A stretch of 64,000 nucleotides of DNA, from positions 5,986-69,985 of the forward strand of contig JBBDOU010000012.1 of assembly GCA_040876885.1 (NCBI GenBank). Direction: 5' to 3'. The notes under the pieces are model-generated. The model searched no databases. It had not been told where the DNA came from and worked only from the letters and a program-made list of their open reading frames with translations. Below, one piece after another: positions 37,907-48,495 of this stretch. Position 1 is the stretch's first letter, and every line of letters starts with the position of its first letter. A program made the translations under genes and the position numbers. This stretch comes from Minisyncoccota bacterium (lineage in GTDB: Bacteria; Patescibacteriota; Minisyncoccia; Phycocordibacterales; JABMNX01).

Positions 37907-38320
37907 ATGGCAGATTTTACACATACAGAAGCATATATCGAAACAGTTGGGCGTCGAAAGACTGCGTCCGCTCGTGTTCGCGTTTCAAAAACTAAAAAAG
38001 ATACAGAAGTCGTTGTGAACGAAAAGGCTTTTGAAGAACATTTTCCCACTAAAGAATTGCAGGGTGTTGTTAATGATGCGTTAGGTCACTCATCGGAAGG
38101 AGACACATTTAAAGTAACGGCTATCATAAAAGGAGGTGGTATCCATGCGCAAGCTGAGGCACTTCGGCACGGTATTGCTCGAGCACTCGTTGCATACAAT
38201 ATAGATCTTCGTAAAACACTTAAGGCAGCAGGTTTTCTGAAGCGTGACCCTCGAAAGAAAGAAAGAAAGAAACCAGGACTCAAGAAGGCTCGAAAAGCAC
38301 CGCAGTGGTCAAAACGATAA
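37907..38320 (+). CDS. rpsI: 30S ribosomal protein S9
   Basis: [34 protein letters not shown]. Confidence 0.99.
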   Translation: MADFTHTEAYIETVGRRKTASARVRVSKTKKDTEVVVNEKAFEEHFPTKELQGVVNDALGHSSEGDTFKVTAIIKGGGIHAQAEALRHGIARALVAYNIDLRKTLKAAGFLKRDPRKKERKKPGLKKARKAPQWSKR

Positions 38321-38406
38321 TCTACGCGTAACCTCAGTGGCGCTCTACGCTACTTTCAAGAAGGGTTGGGTGCACACTATTAAATAAATGTAATAGTAAT
38401 TGTCTT

Positions 38407-38973
38407 ATGCCAAAGAAAAAGAAACCAGAAAAAAATTTCATAGAAGAAGAACTTGTCGATGATGTTACCTTTGAGGATGATTCAGTGGGTATTTCTGATA
38501 AAATAAAGAAAGTTCAGGGTACGTTAAAAGAGTGCGAAAAAGAGCGTCAAGAGTACCTTGACGGGTGGCAAAGAGCCCGTGCGTCTCTCGTTAACAGAGA
38601 AAAAGAACTCTTGGAAGAGAAATCTCAAGCTATTTCAAGAACAGAATTGCGAGTTTTTTCAGAACTTTTTCCGGTGCTTGATAGTTTTGATATGGCATTT
38701 TCGAATAAAGATGCATGGGGAAATGTCGACAAAGAATGGCGGGTGGGTATAGAGCATATCTATACACAGGCGCTACGAATTTTTGAGCAAGCGGGGATTA
38801 CAGAAATAAATGCAGAAGGTCTTTTTGACCCACAACTTCATGAGCCAATACAGACTGAGGTTGTGGAGTCTGAAGAAGTCGCCGGGCGTATTATTAAAGT
38901 AGCTCAAAAAGGGTATCGCAAAGGTGATACTATATTACGACCAGCGAAAGTCGTTATCGGGATATTTGAATAA
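38407..38973 (+). CDS. grpE: Nucleotide exchange factor GrpE
   Basis: WQRARA, PVLDSF, FDPQLHE, QKGY...LRPAKV. Confidence 0.97.
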   Translation: MPKKKKPEKNFIEEELVDDVTFEDDSVGISDKIKKVQGTLKECEKERQEYLDGWQRARASLVNREKELLEEKSQAISRTELRVFSELFPVLDSFDMAFSNKDAWGNVDKEWRVGIEHIYTQALRIFEQAGITEINAEGLFDPQLHEPIQTEVVESEEVAGRIIKVAQKGYRKGDTILRPAKVVIGIFE

Positions 38974-38993
38974 TTATTAATTAAAGAAATATT

Positions 38994-40916
38994 ATGGGAA
39001 AAATACTTGGAATAGACTTAGGAACAACGAACTCAGCAGTAGCATACATCAAAGGTGGAGAACCTGTGGTTGTTGAAAATGCAGAAGGTAACCGCACAAC
39101 ACCCTCAGTAGCAGCTGTTTCAAAAACGGGAGAGCGTCTTGTTGGAGTACTTGCGCGACGCCAAGCAGTGACTAACCCGCAGAATACTATCTATGGTATT
39201 AAGCGTTTTGTTGGGCACAGATTTTCTGATGCTGTTGTGCAAAAAGACAAAGACACACTTCCATACACTGTTAAAGAATCTAAAGAAGGGGGTGTGCTCA
39301 TTTCATTAAATGGAGAAGAATATCGTCCTGAAGAAATCTCAGCGATGATACTCCAAAAACTTAAAAAAGATGCTGAGGCTAAGATCGGTGAGCCTATTAC
39401 TGAAGCTATCATCACCGTACCCGCATATTTTGACGATGCACAACGAAAAGCCACAAAAGACGCTGGTAAAATTGCAGGGCTTGATGTAAAGCGAATCATT
39501 AACGAACCTACCGCTGCAGCGCTTGCGTATGGATTTAATAAAAAGAAAGATGAACAGATTGTTGTGTATGACTTTGGTGGCGGAACATTTGACGTTTCTG
39601 TACTTGAGGTCGGGGATGAAGTCATAGAAGTTAAGTCAACTGACGGAGATTCTCATATGGGAGGACGTGACATTGACCAGAAGATTATTAACTGGATTGC
39701 TGAAGAATTTAAAAAAGAAAGTGGGATTGATATCACTAAAGACCCCCTCGCACTACAGAGACTTGATGAAGCTGCTGAAAAGGCTAAACTCGAACTCTCG
39801 ACTGCAACAGATTCAGAAATAAATATTCCCTTTATAACTTCTGATGCATCTGGGCCAAAGCACCTCCTTCTTAAATTGTCCCGAGGGAAACTTGAAGCGC
39901 TCGCTAAAGAGTATATTGACCGTTCTATTGAAATCACAAAACGTGCGCTTGAAGCGTCGCCGTTTGAAATTAAAGATATTGACGAAGTTATTCTTGTGGG
40001 AGGCCAGACTCGAATGCCTGCAATTGAAGCTCGTGTGAAAGAACTCTTTGGAAAAGAACCTAATAAATCAATTAACCCAGACGAGGTGGTTGCGCTTGGT
40101 GCCGCTATTCAAGCGGGAATCATGCAAGGAGATGTAAAAGACATCTTACTCCTTGATGTTATTCCATTGTCTCTCGGTATAGAAACATTAGGAGGGGTTG
40201 ATACAAAACTTATAGAAAAGAACACTACTATTCCTACCTCAAAATCACAGACATTCTCAACCGCGGCGGATAATCAAACTTCTGTCGAGGTTCATATTGT
40301 GCAAGGAGAACGAGCAATGGCAGCTGACAACAAAAGTCTCGGTAGATTTATCTTAGAAGGAGTACCTCCTGCACCACGAGGAGTGCCGCAGGTAGAAGTA
40401 ACGCTTGATATTGATGCAAACGGTATCCTTAATGTAACCGCAAAAGATAAAGCTTCCGGTAAAGAACAGTCAATTCGAATTGAGGCAGGATCTGGGCTTT
40501 CTGATGAAGAAGTAGAAAAGATGAAACAGGACGCTGAAAGTCACGCTGACGAAGATAAGCTCAAGAAGGAGGCAGTTGATGTAAAGAACACCGCCGAGCA
40601 GGTGCTGTTTACTGCTGAAGACTCACTTAAGGAGTACGGAGAGAAAATAACAACAGATTTAAAAGCTGAAGTTGAAGAAAAGGTTAAAAATCTACGAGAG
40701 AAGAAAGATGCCACTAACATAGAAGAGATTAAGAAGGCAACTGAGGAACTCTCAACATCTATGCAGAAGATAGGCCAAGCAATGGCAGGAGAGCAGAAAG
40801 CTCAAGGGGAGACCCCCGAGGCAGCGCACGGAGAAGCAGACCCTGTGTCAGAAGAAACACCTCCTGCTGAAGAAGATAAAAAGGGAGATACAGACACATC
40901 AAAAGATAGTCAATAA
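38994..40916 (+). CDS. dnaK: Chaperone DnaK
   Basis: [37 protein letters not shown]. Confidence 0.99.
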   Translation: MGKILGIDLGTTNSAVAYIKGGEPVVVENAEGNRTTPSVAAVSKTGERLVGVLARRQAVTNPQNTIYGIKRFVGHRFSDAVVQKDKDTLPYTVKESKEGGVLISLNGEEYRPEEISAMILQKLKKDAEAKIGEPITEAIITVPAYFDDAQRKATKDAGKIAGLDVKRIINEPTAAALAYGFNKKKDEQIVVYDFGGGTFDVSVLEVGDEVIEVKSTDGDSHMGGRDIDQKIINWIAEEFKKESGIDITKDPLALQRLDEAAEKAKLELSTATDSEINIPFITSDASGPKHLLLKLSRGKLEALAKEYIDRSIEITKRALEASPFEIKDIDEVILVGGQTRMPAIEARVKELFGKEPNKSINPDEVVALGAAIQAGIMQGDVKDILLLDVIPLSLGIETLGGVDTKLIEKNTTIPTSKSQTFSTAADNQTSVEVHIVQGERAMAADNKSLGRFILEGVPPAPRGVPQVEVTLDIDANGILNVTAKDKASGKEQSIRIEAGSGLSDEEVEKMKQDAESHADEDKLKKEAVDVKNTAEQVLFTAEDSLKEYGEKITTDLKAEVEEKVKNLREKKDATNIEEIKKATEELSTSMQKIGQAMAGEQKAQGETPEAAHGEADPVSEETPPAEEDKKGDTDTSKDSQ

Positions 40917-40962
40917 TGTCGTTACTTGTTTTTAGTTTAGAGGCGAGTACAATAGCTATTAC

Positions 40963-42045
40963 ATGCAAAAGGACTACTATAAAATCCTAAACATCACTAA
41001 AGGGGCAAGTAAGGACGAGATTAAAAAAGCTTTTCGTACACTTGCGCACAAATACCACCCAGATAAACAAACCGGAGACGAAACTAAGTTTAAAGAGATT
41101 AGTGAAGCGTACAGTGTGTTGTCTGATGAAAAAAAACGAGCTGAGTATGATTCGTACGGCCGAGTTTTTTCTGGTGGAGGAGGTGCTGGTGCACAACAAG
41201 GGCAAGGGTTTGGTGGGTTTGATTTTTCTGGTTTTCAAGGTGGTTTTCAGCAAGGAGGGTTCGACGGCGTAGACCTTGGAGATATCTTTGGGGATATTTT
41301 TGGAGGAGGAAACAGAGGACCTCAGCGAGGAAGAGATATCTCTATTGACCTTGAGCTCTCTTTTAAAGAAGCTGTTTTTGGTGTGGAGCGAAAAGTACTT
41401 CTCACAAAAACATCAACCTGTGACGGATGTAAAGGGACCGGTGCTGAAAAAGGTTCTGCACAAGACACGTGTTCAGGATGTAATGGAAAGGGAAAAATCC
41501 ACGAAAATAAATCCTCTGTTTTTGGTACCTTTACCAGTGTTCGACCGTGTTCTGAGTGTCACGGTACTGGAAAAGTCCCTAAAGAAAAATGTAAAACATG
41601 TAAGGGTGCTCGCGTGGTGCGTAAAGAAGAAGAGGTGGTCATTAGGGTTCCTGCAGGAATCAATCATGGCGAGATGATACGTCTTAGTGGAGGGGGAGAA
41701 GCTATTGCAGGAGGAGAATCAGGTGACTTATACATAAAAATTCATGTGCACGCAGACAGGATGTACCACAAAGAAGGTGTACATTTAATTACAACACTCT
41801 CTGTAAAACTTACTGACGCACTCTTGGGTGGGGACTACACACTACAAACTCTTGATGGAGATGCTATTGTGGTAAAAGTCCCACAAGGTGTTTCTTTTGG
41901 AGAAATTATACGAGTAAAGGGTCGTGGAGTACCATATCGAAATACTCGGGGTGATCTTTTAATTAAGATTGCTATAGATTTACCGAAGAAACTTAGCAAG
42001 AAATCGAAGTCCGCAATAGATGAGCTTCGCTCAGAGGGAATTTAA
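40963..42045 (+). CDS. dnaJ: Chaperone DnaJ
   Basis: J domain HPD, G/F region, four CxxCxGxG-type repeats. Confidence 0.98.
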   Translation: MQKDYYKILNITKGASKDEIKKAFRTLAHKYHPDKQTGDETKFKEISEAYSVLSDEKKRAEYDSYGRVFSGGGGAGAQQGQGFGGFDFSGFQGGFQQGGFDGVDLGDIFGDIFGGGNRGPQRGRDISIDLELSFKEAVFGVERKVLLTKTSTCDGCKGTGAEKGSAQDTCSGCNGKGKIHENKSSVFGTFTSVRPCSECHGTGKVPKEKCKTCKGARVVRKEEEVVIRVPAGINHGEMIRLSGGGEAIAGGESGDLYIKIHVHADRMYHKEGVHLITTLSVKLTDALLGGDYTLQTLDGDAIVVKVPQGVSFGEIIRVKGRGVPYRNTRGDLLIKIAIDLPKKLSKKSKSAIDELRSEGI

Positions 42046-42066
42046 AAACTCACACCTACATACGTT

Positions 42067-42564
42067 ATGGATCTTTTGAATACGTTATCTGGAGCAATGA
42101 CGACAGATATACTCATTATCTTTGCAGTCTTTGTGGGGCTGGTGTTTTTTAGTATTTGGTATGGAAAAAGTAGTAGTGTTTCTCTTCTCATTTCTATATA
42201 TCTCGGCATCCTTACTTTTCTAAGCTTTCCATATCTAGAAGAGGTTATTTTTTTAAAAAGCTCGGAATCACAAGTAACTCTTTCACAAATAGGGGTGTTC
42301 GTTGTCGGAGTCGCAGTTATTTATTTTATAATTCGTAATATAATTTTTACTGAATACTCATACGGAATCATCACTAAGTATCTGCAAGTTATTCTCCTTT
42401 CGGGGGCTTCAACTGCACTTCTTTTTGCGTTTGCGTATCACACAATTCCATTAACAACACTGTATGATTTTAATACATCAATTGACAACCTCTTCTCATC
42501 GCAGTATTTCTTTTACTGGCTCGTCGCTCCAATACTCGTACTTTTTGTAACCACTCGAGAATAA
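42067..42564 (+). CDS. Hypothetical integral membrane protein
   Basis: About 5 TM segments. Confidence 0.75.
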   Translation: MDLLNTLSGAMTTDILIIFAVFVGLVFFSIWYGKSSSVSLLISIYLGILTFLSFPYLEEVIFLKSSESQVTLSQIGVFVVGVAVIYFIIRNIIFTEYSYGIITKYLQVILLSGASTALLFAFAYHTIPLTTLYDFNTSIDNLFSSQYFFYWLVAPILVLFVTTRE

Positions 42565-42569
42565 AAAAC

Positions 42570-43235
42570 ATGTACGGCACACGCGCACCGCTTTTATTTC
42601 AACAGGTATCTAAATTCCCGACACGGTTATTTTTTAAAGTCTTTCATAATCTCGACATCCAAGGTTTAGAAAATCTCAAGTCCTTAGAAAAATCAGGAGT
42701 TATTCTTGCAAGCAATCACATCAGCGACTGGGATCCGGTCTTGATTTCAGCGACCCTTCCTGTATGGAGCCCACACATGCCCCTTTTCTTTGTTTCTCGA
42801 GAAAAGACTTTTTATGAGGATGACGGCACTGAATCTTTAGGGAAGATAAAGCAGTACATATACGGAGGAGCTTTTTTTCGGCTCATGGGAGCATATCCTG
42901 CAGTAGGCGGTATTAAAGACTACGAAAAGTCATTGCACCACCATCTCAGTATTCTTAATGAAAATAAAACAGTGTGTATATTTCCATCTGGAAAAATCCG
43001 TACTGGAGAGAAAGATTTAGATAAAACAAAGGGAGGGGTTGGATTCCTCGCTCAAAAGACTGGGCGGACAGTAATCCCTGTTGGTATTAAGAGACAGGGG
43101 AGGAGTATTACTGTTATTTTTGGTACTCCGCTAGAATACAAAGACATCTTTAATGACGGTGAAGCTATTACGGCAGACTCTTGTAAAGTAGGCGCGCGAG
43201 TCATTATGGCTGCGGTTGAAAATCTGTTAAGCTAG
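42570..43235 (+). CDS. PlsC-like lysophospholipid acyltransferase
   Basis: ASNHISDWD (HX4D), FVSRE, IFPSG (normally FPEG), VIPV. Confidence 0.88.
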   Translation: MYGTRAPLLFQQVSKFPTRLFFKVFHNLDIQGLENLKSLEKSGVILASNHISDWDPVLISATLPVWSPHMPLFFVSREKTFYEDDGTESLGKIKQYIYGGAFFRLMGAYPAVGGIKDYEKSLHHHLSILNENKTVCIFPSGKIRTGEKDLDKTKGGVGFLAQKTGRTVIPVGIKRQGRSITVIFGTPLEYKDIFNDGEAITADSCKVGARVIMAAVENLLS

Positions 43236-44392
43236 TGCATATGCGGACTTTTTTATTAATTATTCACGCTTTCAAAGATCTCGCCACACGCTTCTTGCCT
43301 AAGAAAAAAACTGAAGCGAGTTTTGCCTTTCTGATACACCCCCGTGATATACATGACGTCCTTCAAAAGTATCCATTTTTGAAAATATTTCCTGCGCAGA
43401 CTGTTGAGTACCTACTCACACACTTTTTCTGGCCTATTACTGCGTCGCGTATTACCGGTACAAAGAGAAAAGACGGCACGGAAGTCTTCGGATGGATGAT
43501 TTCAATCCCAATGACAGCGTCCGAAATGCTTAATGGTCGAGACTGCGCACGCAAGCACATACAACGGGCGTACAATCTTGCTGTAAAAAAAGGGGCGACG
43601 CATATAGGACTTGGGGCACTTACCGCGTCCTTAACTCGTGGTGGCCTTGATATCAAACCTGCTCCCGGCGTTACACTCACAAATGGTAAACTATACACCG
43701 CAAAGACAGTAACTGACATTACCCTTAAAAGTAGTGAGGTGTTTGGAATTGATAAAAGCACAACACGCGTCGCTATTGTAGGAGCAGCTGGGTCTATCGG
43801 CTCCGCGTCAGCCCAAATCCTTGCACACGCTGGGTTTAAGAATTTTCAGCTCATAGATCTCTCTGACAGAGAAGTGCGTGTTAAAGAAATAGCAACAATA
43901 CTGAGCAAGCTTGGAGGAGGAGTCTCTGTTGATATCTGTACAAACTTAGAAAGACTTATAGAGGCTGATATTATTATCACCGCAACTAACAGGCCTGATG
44001 CGCTTGTGAAAACAGAACACCTTAAGCCAGGCGCTATTGTTGTTGATGATGCACAACCCTCTGACATTGACCCTGAGTTATTTAAAACAAGGAACGATGT
44101 CTTACTGCTTGAGGGTGGCGTTGTGCACGCTGACACTATACAGCTTAATTTCAAGACAGGACTCAAGCACAGGACTGATATATTTAGTTGCTTGGCTGAG
44201 GCGGTTATCTTGTTTTTAGCTGGTGAAACTGATTCAAGAATAGGTGAGGTTGTGGAGGTTGATTTTGATTCTCTCAAGAAGTTGACGTACTATTCAGATA
44301 ACGCTGGATTTACGTCTGGAGATTTTCAAAATGCATACAAGATATACACACAAGAAGATATAGACTTTGTAAAACAAGCAAGAATAATCTAG
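43235..44392 (+). CDS. Acyl-ACP reductase-like (fatty aldehyde-forming) NAD(P)-binding oxidoreductase
   Basis: FAFLIHP, GLGALT, TNGKLYT, VAIVGAAGSIG, DDAQP, GGVV, FSCLAEA, parallel to cyanobacterial AAR motifs. Confidence 0.75.
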   Translation: MHMRTFLLIIHAFKDLATRFLPKKKTEASFAFLIHPRDIHDVLQKYPFLKIFPAQTVEYLLTHFFWPITASRITGTKRKDGTEVFGWMISIPMTASEMLNGRDCARKHIQRAYNLAVKKGATHIGLGALTASLTRGGLDIKPAPGVTLTNGKLYTAKTVTDITLKSSEVFGIDKSTTRVAIVGAAGSIGSASAQILAHAGFKNFQLIDLSDREVRVKEIATILSKLGGGVSVDICTNLERLIEADIIITATNRPDALVKTEHLKPGAIVVDDAQPSDIDPELFKTRNDVLLLEGGVVHADTIQLNFKTGLKHRTDIFSCLAEAVILFLAGETDSRIGEVVEVDFDSLKKLTYYSDNAGFTSGDFQNAYKIYTQEDIDFVKQARII

Positions 44393-44417
44393 AAAAAAAT
44401 AGTACTATGTAAGCACT

Positions 44418-46031
44418 ATGGATTTTATTAATATTTCACTCATTGTCGCTGTTGGTGTTACGCTCCTTCTTGGTACGAGTATCTATCTTCACCATAGAAA
44501 AGGAGACAAGTTTACGATAATTTTCTCATTGCTTGCACTCAGTATTGGTTTGTGGTCAGTCGCAATGATTATCTTTAGATATATTGCACACGAGGGGTTC
44601 ACGTTTATCTTCGCGCAATTTTTATATGCTATCCCCGTATTCATTCCAATTTTTTTCTACTATTTCACGACATTTTTTACTAAGAAATTTTCACACAAAC
44701 TTGTTGCGTTCTTACATATAGCAATACCACTTGGTATAGCAGGAGGTATCTTTTTCTCTGTTTTCTTTACCGACAGTATCGTCACTGGAGTCGTTATTCC
44801 TCCAGAAGGAGAAAAGCAGATACTCTTTGGTCAATCGTATTTTTTATATATTTTGTATTACTTCTTCTTCTTTGGCTTAGCGTTCGTCAATCTCTTCAAA
44901 AGATACTCTCTTGCAGTAGATGAGCTACTCCGTAAACAGTTGTTTATGTTAGTTATTGGTACTTCTATTCCATTAACGCTTGGATTGATGACGAATCTTA
45001 TATTACCCTGGTTTGGTCTGTATCAATTTAACTGGTTTGCAAACCTCTCTTCTATTATATTTATGGGATTCATTCTTTTTGCAATTGTGCAATATAAACT
45101 CTTTAACCTAAGCGTTGTTGCAACTGAGCTCTTTGTGCTCTTTATTCTCTCTCTTCTTGTTGCTGATATGCTTATATTTAATTCAACAACCGAGCTCAGT
45201 ATCAAGGTACTCCTCTTTATCTCTGTCGCACTCCTCAGTGTCTTCTTAATTCGAGGTGCGTACAAAGAAATGCTCCAGCGCGAACGAATAGAGAAGCTTG
45301 CACAGGATCTTGAGAAAGCAAACGTGCGGTTGCGAGAACTCGACAAGCTCAAGTCCGAATTCGTCTCAATAGCGTCTCACCAGTTACGGAGTCCACTTAC
45401 TGCTATTAAAGGGTATGCGTCCATGCTTCTTGAGGATTCGTATGGAAAATTCCCTGAGAAAGCAAAAGAAGCTGTTACTAGGATTTTTGATTCAAGCAAC
45501 CTCATGACCGCTTCCATTGAAGACTTCCTTAATGTCTCTCGTATTGAACAGGGCAGGATGAAATATGAAAAAAGTGATTTTGACCTCGCCAGTATTGCTG
45601 AAACAGTTTTTCATGAGCTTGAGCCAATAGCAAAAAAGAAACATCTCGAATTCTCATTTGGCACCGACAACAAAGGTCCGTATACTATTCACGCTGACCT
45701 TGGCAAGATAAAGCAGGTGTTGAGCAATCTCATTGATAACGCAATCAAATACACACCAACGGGAGGTGTAAGGATGCTCGTCTCAAGACAAGGTGATGTT
45801 GTTCAGTTTAAAGTAAAAGACACGGGAATAGGAGCAAGTAAAGAGACTATCGCTAAGCTTTTTGATAGATTTGTTCGAGCAAAAAACGCAAACAAAGTGA
45901 ACGTGACTGGTTCTGGTCTTGGGCTTTATGTAGCAAAGCAAATGGTTGAGGCACATGACGGAAAAATCTGGATTGAATCAGAAGGCGAGGGGAAGGGGTC
46001 TACATTTATTGTCGAATTAAAAGCAGTGTAA
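44418..46031 (+). CDS. Sensor histidine kinase with N-terminal 7TM-type input domain
   Basis: About 8 TMs; SHQLRSPL H-box, NLIDNAIKY, DTGIG, GSGLGL, GKGSTF. Confidence 0.95.
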   Translation: MDFINISLIVAVGVTLLLGTSIYLHHRKGDKFTIIFSLLALSIGLWSVAMIIFRYIAHEGFTFIFAQFLYAIPVFIPIFFYYFTTFFTKKFSHKLVAFLHIAIPLGIAGGIFFSVFFTDSIVTGVVIPPEGEKQILFGQSYFLYILYYFFFFGLAFVNLFKRYSLAVDELLRKQLFMLVIGTSIPLTLGLMTNLILPWFGLYQFNWFANLSSIIFMGFILFAIVQYKLFNLSVVATELFVLFILSLLVADMLIFNSTTELSIKVLLFISVALLSVFLIRGAYKEMLQRERIEKLAQDLEKANVRLRELDKLKSEFVSIASHQLRSPLTAIKGYASMLLEDSYGKFPEKAKEAVTRIFDSSNLMTASIEDFLNVSRIEQGRMKYEKSDFDLASIAETVFHELEPIAKKKHLEFSFGTDNKGPYTIHADLGKIKQVLSNLIDNAIKYTPTGGVRMLVSRQGDVVQFKVKDTGIGASKETIAKLFDRFVRAKNANKVNVTGSGLGLYVAKQMVEAHDGKIWIESEGEGKGSTFIVELKAV

Positions 46032-46180
46032 AGTAACCTTATACAGTACCCGAGACCTTCCAAAATCCCCGTTTTCTGGTAGTATAAGCGACGTAGAACG
46101 AGTAAAACACTAAAGCCGTATCTCTGAGTACTTTAGTATTTTTGAGTCGAGGAGTTTATATATTTTTTATATTTTGATAT

Positions 46181-47128
46181 ATGAGTAAAAGACTACTATC
46201 AGGCATTAAACCTACAGGAGAGCTTCATTTAGGGAACTATTTTGGTGCTATGAAGCAATTTCTTGATTTTCAAGATGAGTATGAAAGCTTTATTTTTATT
46301 CCTGATTATCACGCGCTTACCACAGCGCACGATGCAAAACAACTTCGAGAAAATATTTATAAAATAGCAGCGGGGTATGTAGCTATTGGACTTGATCCAA
46401 AGAGTGTTGTTTTCTATAAACAATCAGATATCTTAGAACACACAGAACTTTCATGGATATTTAACTCAATTACAACCATGCCATATTTAATGCGTGCGCA
46501 TGCCTTTAAAGACGCAGAAGCAAAGAATAAAGAAATTAGTGTTGGTTCATTTGATTACCCAATGCTTATGGCTGCAGATATTCTTATGTACGAACCGCAC
46601 GTAGTGCCGGTTGGAAAAGATCAAAAGCAACATGTTGAAATAGCACGAGATACTGCAGAGAAGTTTAATCGTCTTTTTGGAGAAACATTTACATTACCAG
46701 AACCCATGATTCTTGAAGATGTTGCAACGGTCCCTGGCACTGATGGACAGAAGATGAGCAAGAGTTACGGTAATACTATTCCACTATTTGGAACAAGTGA
46801 AGAAATCACAAAGGCAGTGATGTCTATTGTGACAGACTCATCAGGTGACCGTCCTGAAAATGTCTATGCGATTCATAAACTCTTCAGAACAGAAGAAGAA
46901 CTCGATGTGTTGTATGAAGAGAACAAAGGTAACTACAAAGCGCTTAAGGAAGCATTAATTGCTGATATTGAAAAAGAAGTGGCGCCTATGCGAGAACGGT
47001 ACATCAAACTTCTTGAGAATAAAGATGAGATTCGTTCAATTCTTAGCAAAGGAGCGGAACGAGCACGCTCAATCGCACAAGCAAAAATGGAAGAGGTGCG
47101 CAAAAAGATAGGAGTAAGTCTTAATTAA
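46181..47128 (+). CDS. trpS: Tryptophan--tRNA ligase
   Basis: SGIKPTGELHLGNY, YPMLMAADIL, VPVGKDQ.QH, KMSKS. Confidence 0.98.
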   Translation: MSKRLLSGIKPTGELHLGNYFGAMKQFLDFQDEYESFIFIPDYHALTTAHDAKQLRENIYKIAAGYVAIGLDPKSVVFYKQSDILEHTELSWIFNSITTMPYLMRAHAFKDAEAKNKEISVGSFDYPMLMAADILMYEPHVVPVGKDQKQHVEIARDTAEKFNRLFGETFTLPEPMILEDVATVPGTDGQKMSKSYGNTIPLFGTSEEITKAVMSIVTDSSGDRPENVYAIHKLFRTEEELDVLYEENKGNYKALKEALIADIEKEVAPMRERYIKLLENKDEIRSILSKGAERARSIAQAKMEEVRKKIGVSLN

Positions 47129-47149
47129 CCACAGAGATAATAATTAGTT

Positions 47150-48481
47150 ATGGAACGAACAGAAATACAAAACCTAAAAGACGCTATCAATACTGATGTA
47201 ACTATCTCAGGATGGGTAGATGTTGCGCGAGACCAAGGGAAGATGGCTTTTTTTGATTTCCGGGACGGTACAGGGTTTGTGCAAGGAGTAGTTTTTGGAA
47301 AGCCAGAGGTACTTGAAGTAGCTAAAACACTTCGTCCTGAATGGGTTGTGACAGTAACAGGAAAAGTAAACGCACGTCCTGAAAAGATGATAAATGAGGG
47401 AGTTCTTAATGGAGATATCGAGCTTGAAATCACCGGGATTGAAGTCCTTTCTAAAGCACATGAGCTCCCGTTTGATCTCGATGCAGATCTTAACCTAGAC
47501 ACCTTACTTGATTATCGACCCTTAACAATACGCACAAAACGAGCACGCGACATATTCAAAGTTGCCGCCACTATCGTGCAGGGATACAGAAGTGCACTTA
47601 TTAAGCGCGGGTTTACTGAATTCCAAGCACCGGCGCTTGTTGGAGGAGATGCGGAAGGAGGCGCAGAGGTATTTAAAGTAGAATATTTCAATGACCGCAC
47701 CGCTTTTCTTGCAACCAGTCCTCAGCTTTATAAAGAGATAATGACTGGTGCGTACGAGCGGGCATTTACTATCGCAAAAATATTCCGTGCAGAGAAGTCA
47801 GCTACCACACGGCACTTATCTGAGGTAACACAGATGGATTTCGAGATGTCCTTCATCCGTAACCACCTTGATGTTATGAGCATGCTTGAAGAAGTTGTAC
47901 GCGAGGTCTCTACAGGGGTTAGTGAAAAACATCTGGATGTATTTAAACGTTTTGCTGTTGAGGCACCACTTCTTTCAAAAGAACCCTTTCCAATACTAAC
48001 GCTTATCGAAGCTCAGGAGATACTCGAGAAAGAATTTGGAGGAAAAGCAAAAGGAGAACTCGATCTTACTCCAGAACACGAACGGCAAATATGTGAGTGG
48101 GCGAAAAAAGAAAAGGGGAGTGATTTTGTATTTATTACTGAGTTTCCAACGGCGAAGCGTGCCTTTTATACGTATCCTGACCCAGAGAACCCAGAACGCT
48201 CATATAGTTTTGACCTCTTATTCCGCGGACTTGAAATAAACAGTGGAAGTCAACGTTTCCATAACTACGATGAAATGGTGGAGACAATTAAAGCTCGCGG
48301 TATGGACCCTGAGAAATTCTCTTTCTACCTTCAAATGCATAAATATGGAATCCCACCACATGGTGGTTGTTCAACAGGACTCGAGCGCTTCACCGCACGA
48401 ATGCTTGAACTCTCTAATGTGAAAGAGGCGGTACCATTTCCACGAGACATGAACCGAATCGATACACTGCTATCAGAATAA
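47150..48481 (+). CDS. aspS: Aspartate--tRNA(Asp/Asn) ligase, archaeal-like short type
   Basis: OB fold, EGGAEVF, SPQLYK, FRAEKS.T.RH, SGSQR, PPHGG..GLER, FPRD. Confidence 0.9.
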   Translation: MERTEIQNLKDAINTDVTISGWVDVARDQGKMAFFDFRDGTGFVQGVVFGKPEVLEVAKTLRPEWVVTVTGKVNARPEKMINEGVLNGDIELEITGIEVLSKAHELPFDLDADLNLDTLLDYRPLTIRTKRARDIFKVAATIVQGYRSALIKRGFTEFQAPALVGGDAEGGAEVFKVEYFNDRTAFLATSPQLYKEIMTGAYERAFTIAKIFRAEKSATTRHLSEVTQMDFEMSFIRNHLDVMSMLEEVVREVSTGVSEKHLDVFKRFAVEAPLLSKEPFPILTLIEAQEILEKEFGGKAKGELDLTPEHERQICEWAKKEKGSDFVFITEFPTAKRAFYTYPDPENPERSYSFDLLFRGLEINSGSQRFHNYDEMVETIKARGMDPEKFSFYLQMHKYGIPPHGGCSTGLERFTARMLELSNVKEAVPFPRDMNRIDTLLSE

Positions 48482-48495
48482 GAAAACTGTATTGC

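Noticed and set aside
38321-38406. CIRCE element or hrcA before grpE-dnaK-dnaJ
   Set aside because: No TTAGCACTC-N9-GAGTGCTAA and no hrcA ORF seen
46085-46180. T-box riboswitch upstream of trpS
   Set aside because: No UGG specifier, T-box consensus or terminator; kept only as an unclassified leader
47150-48481. Archaeal-type AspRS as a novelty
   Set aside because: Short non-discriminating AspRS is already known in various bacteria
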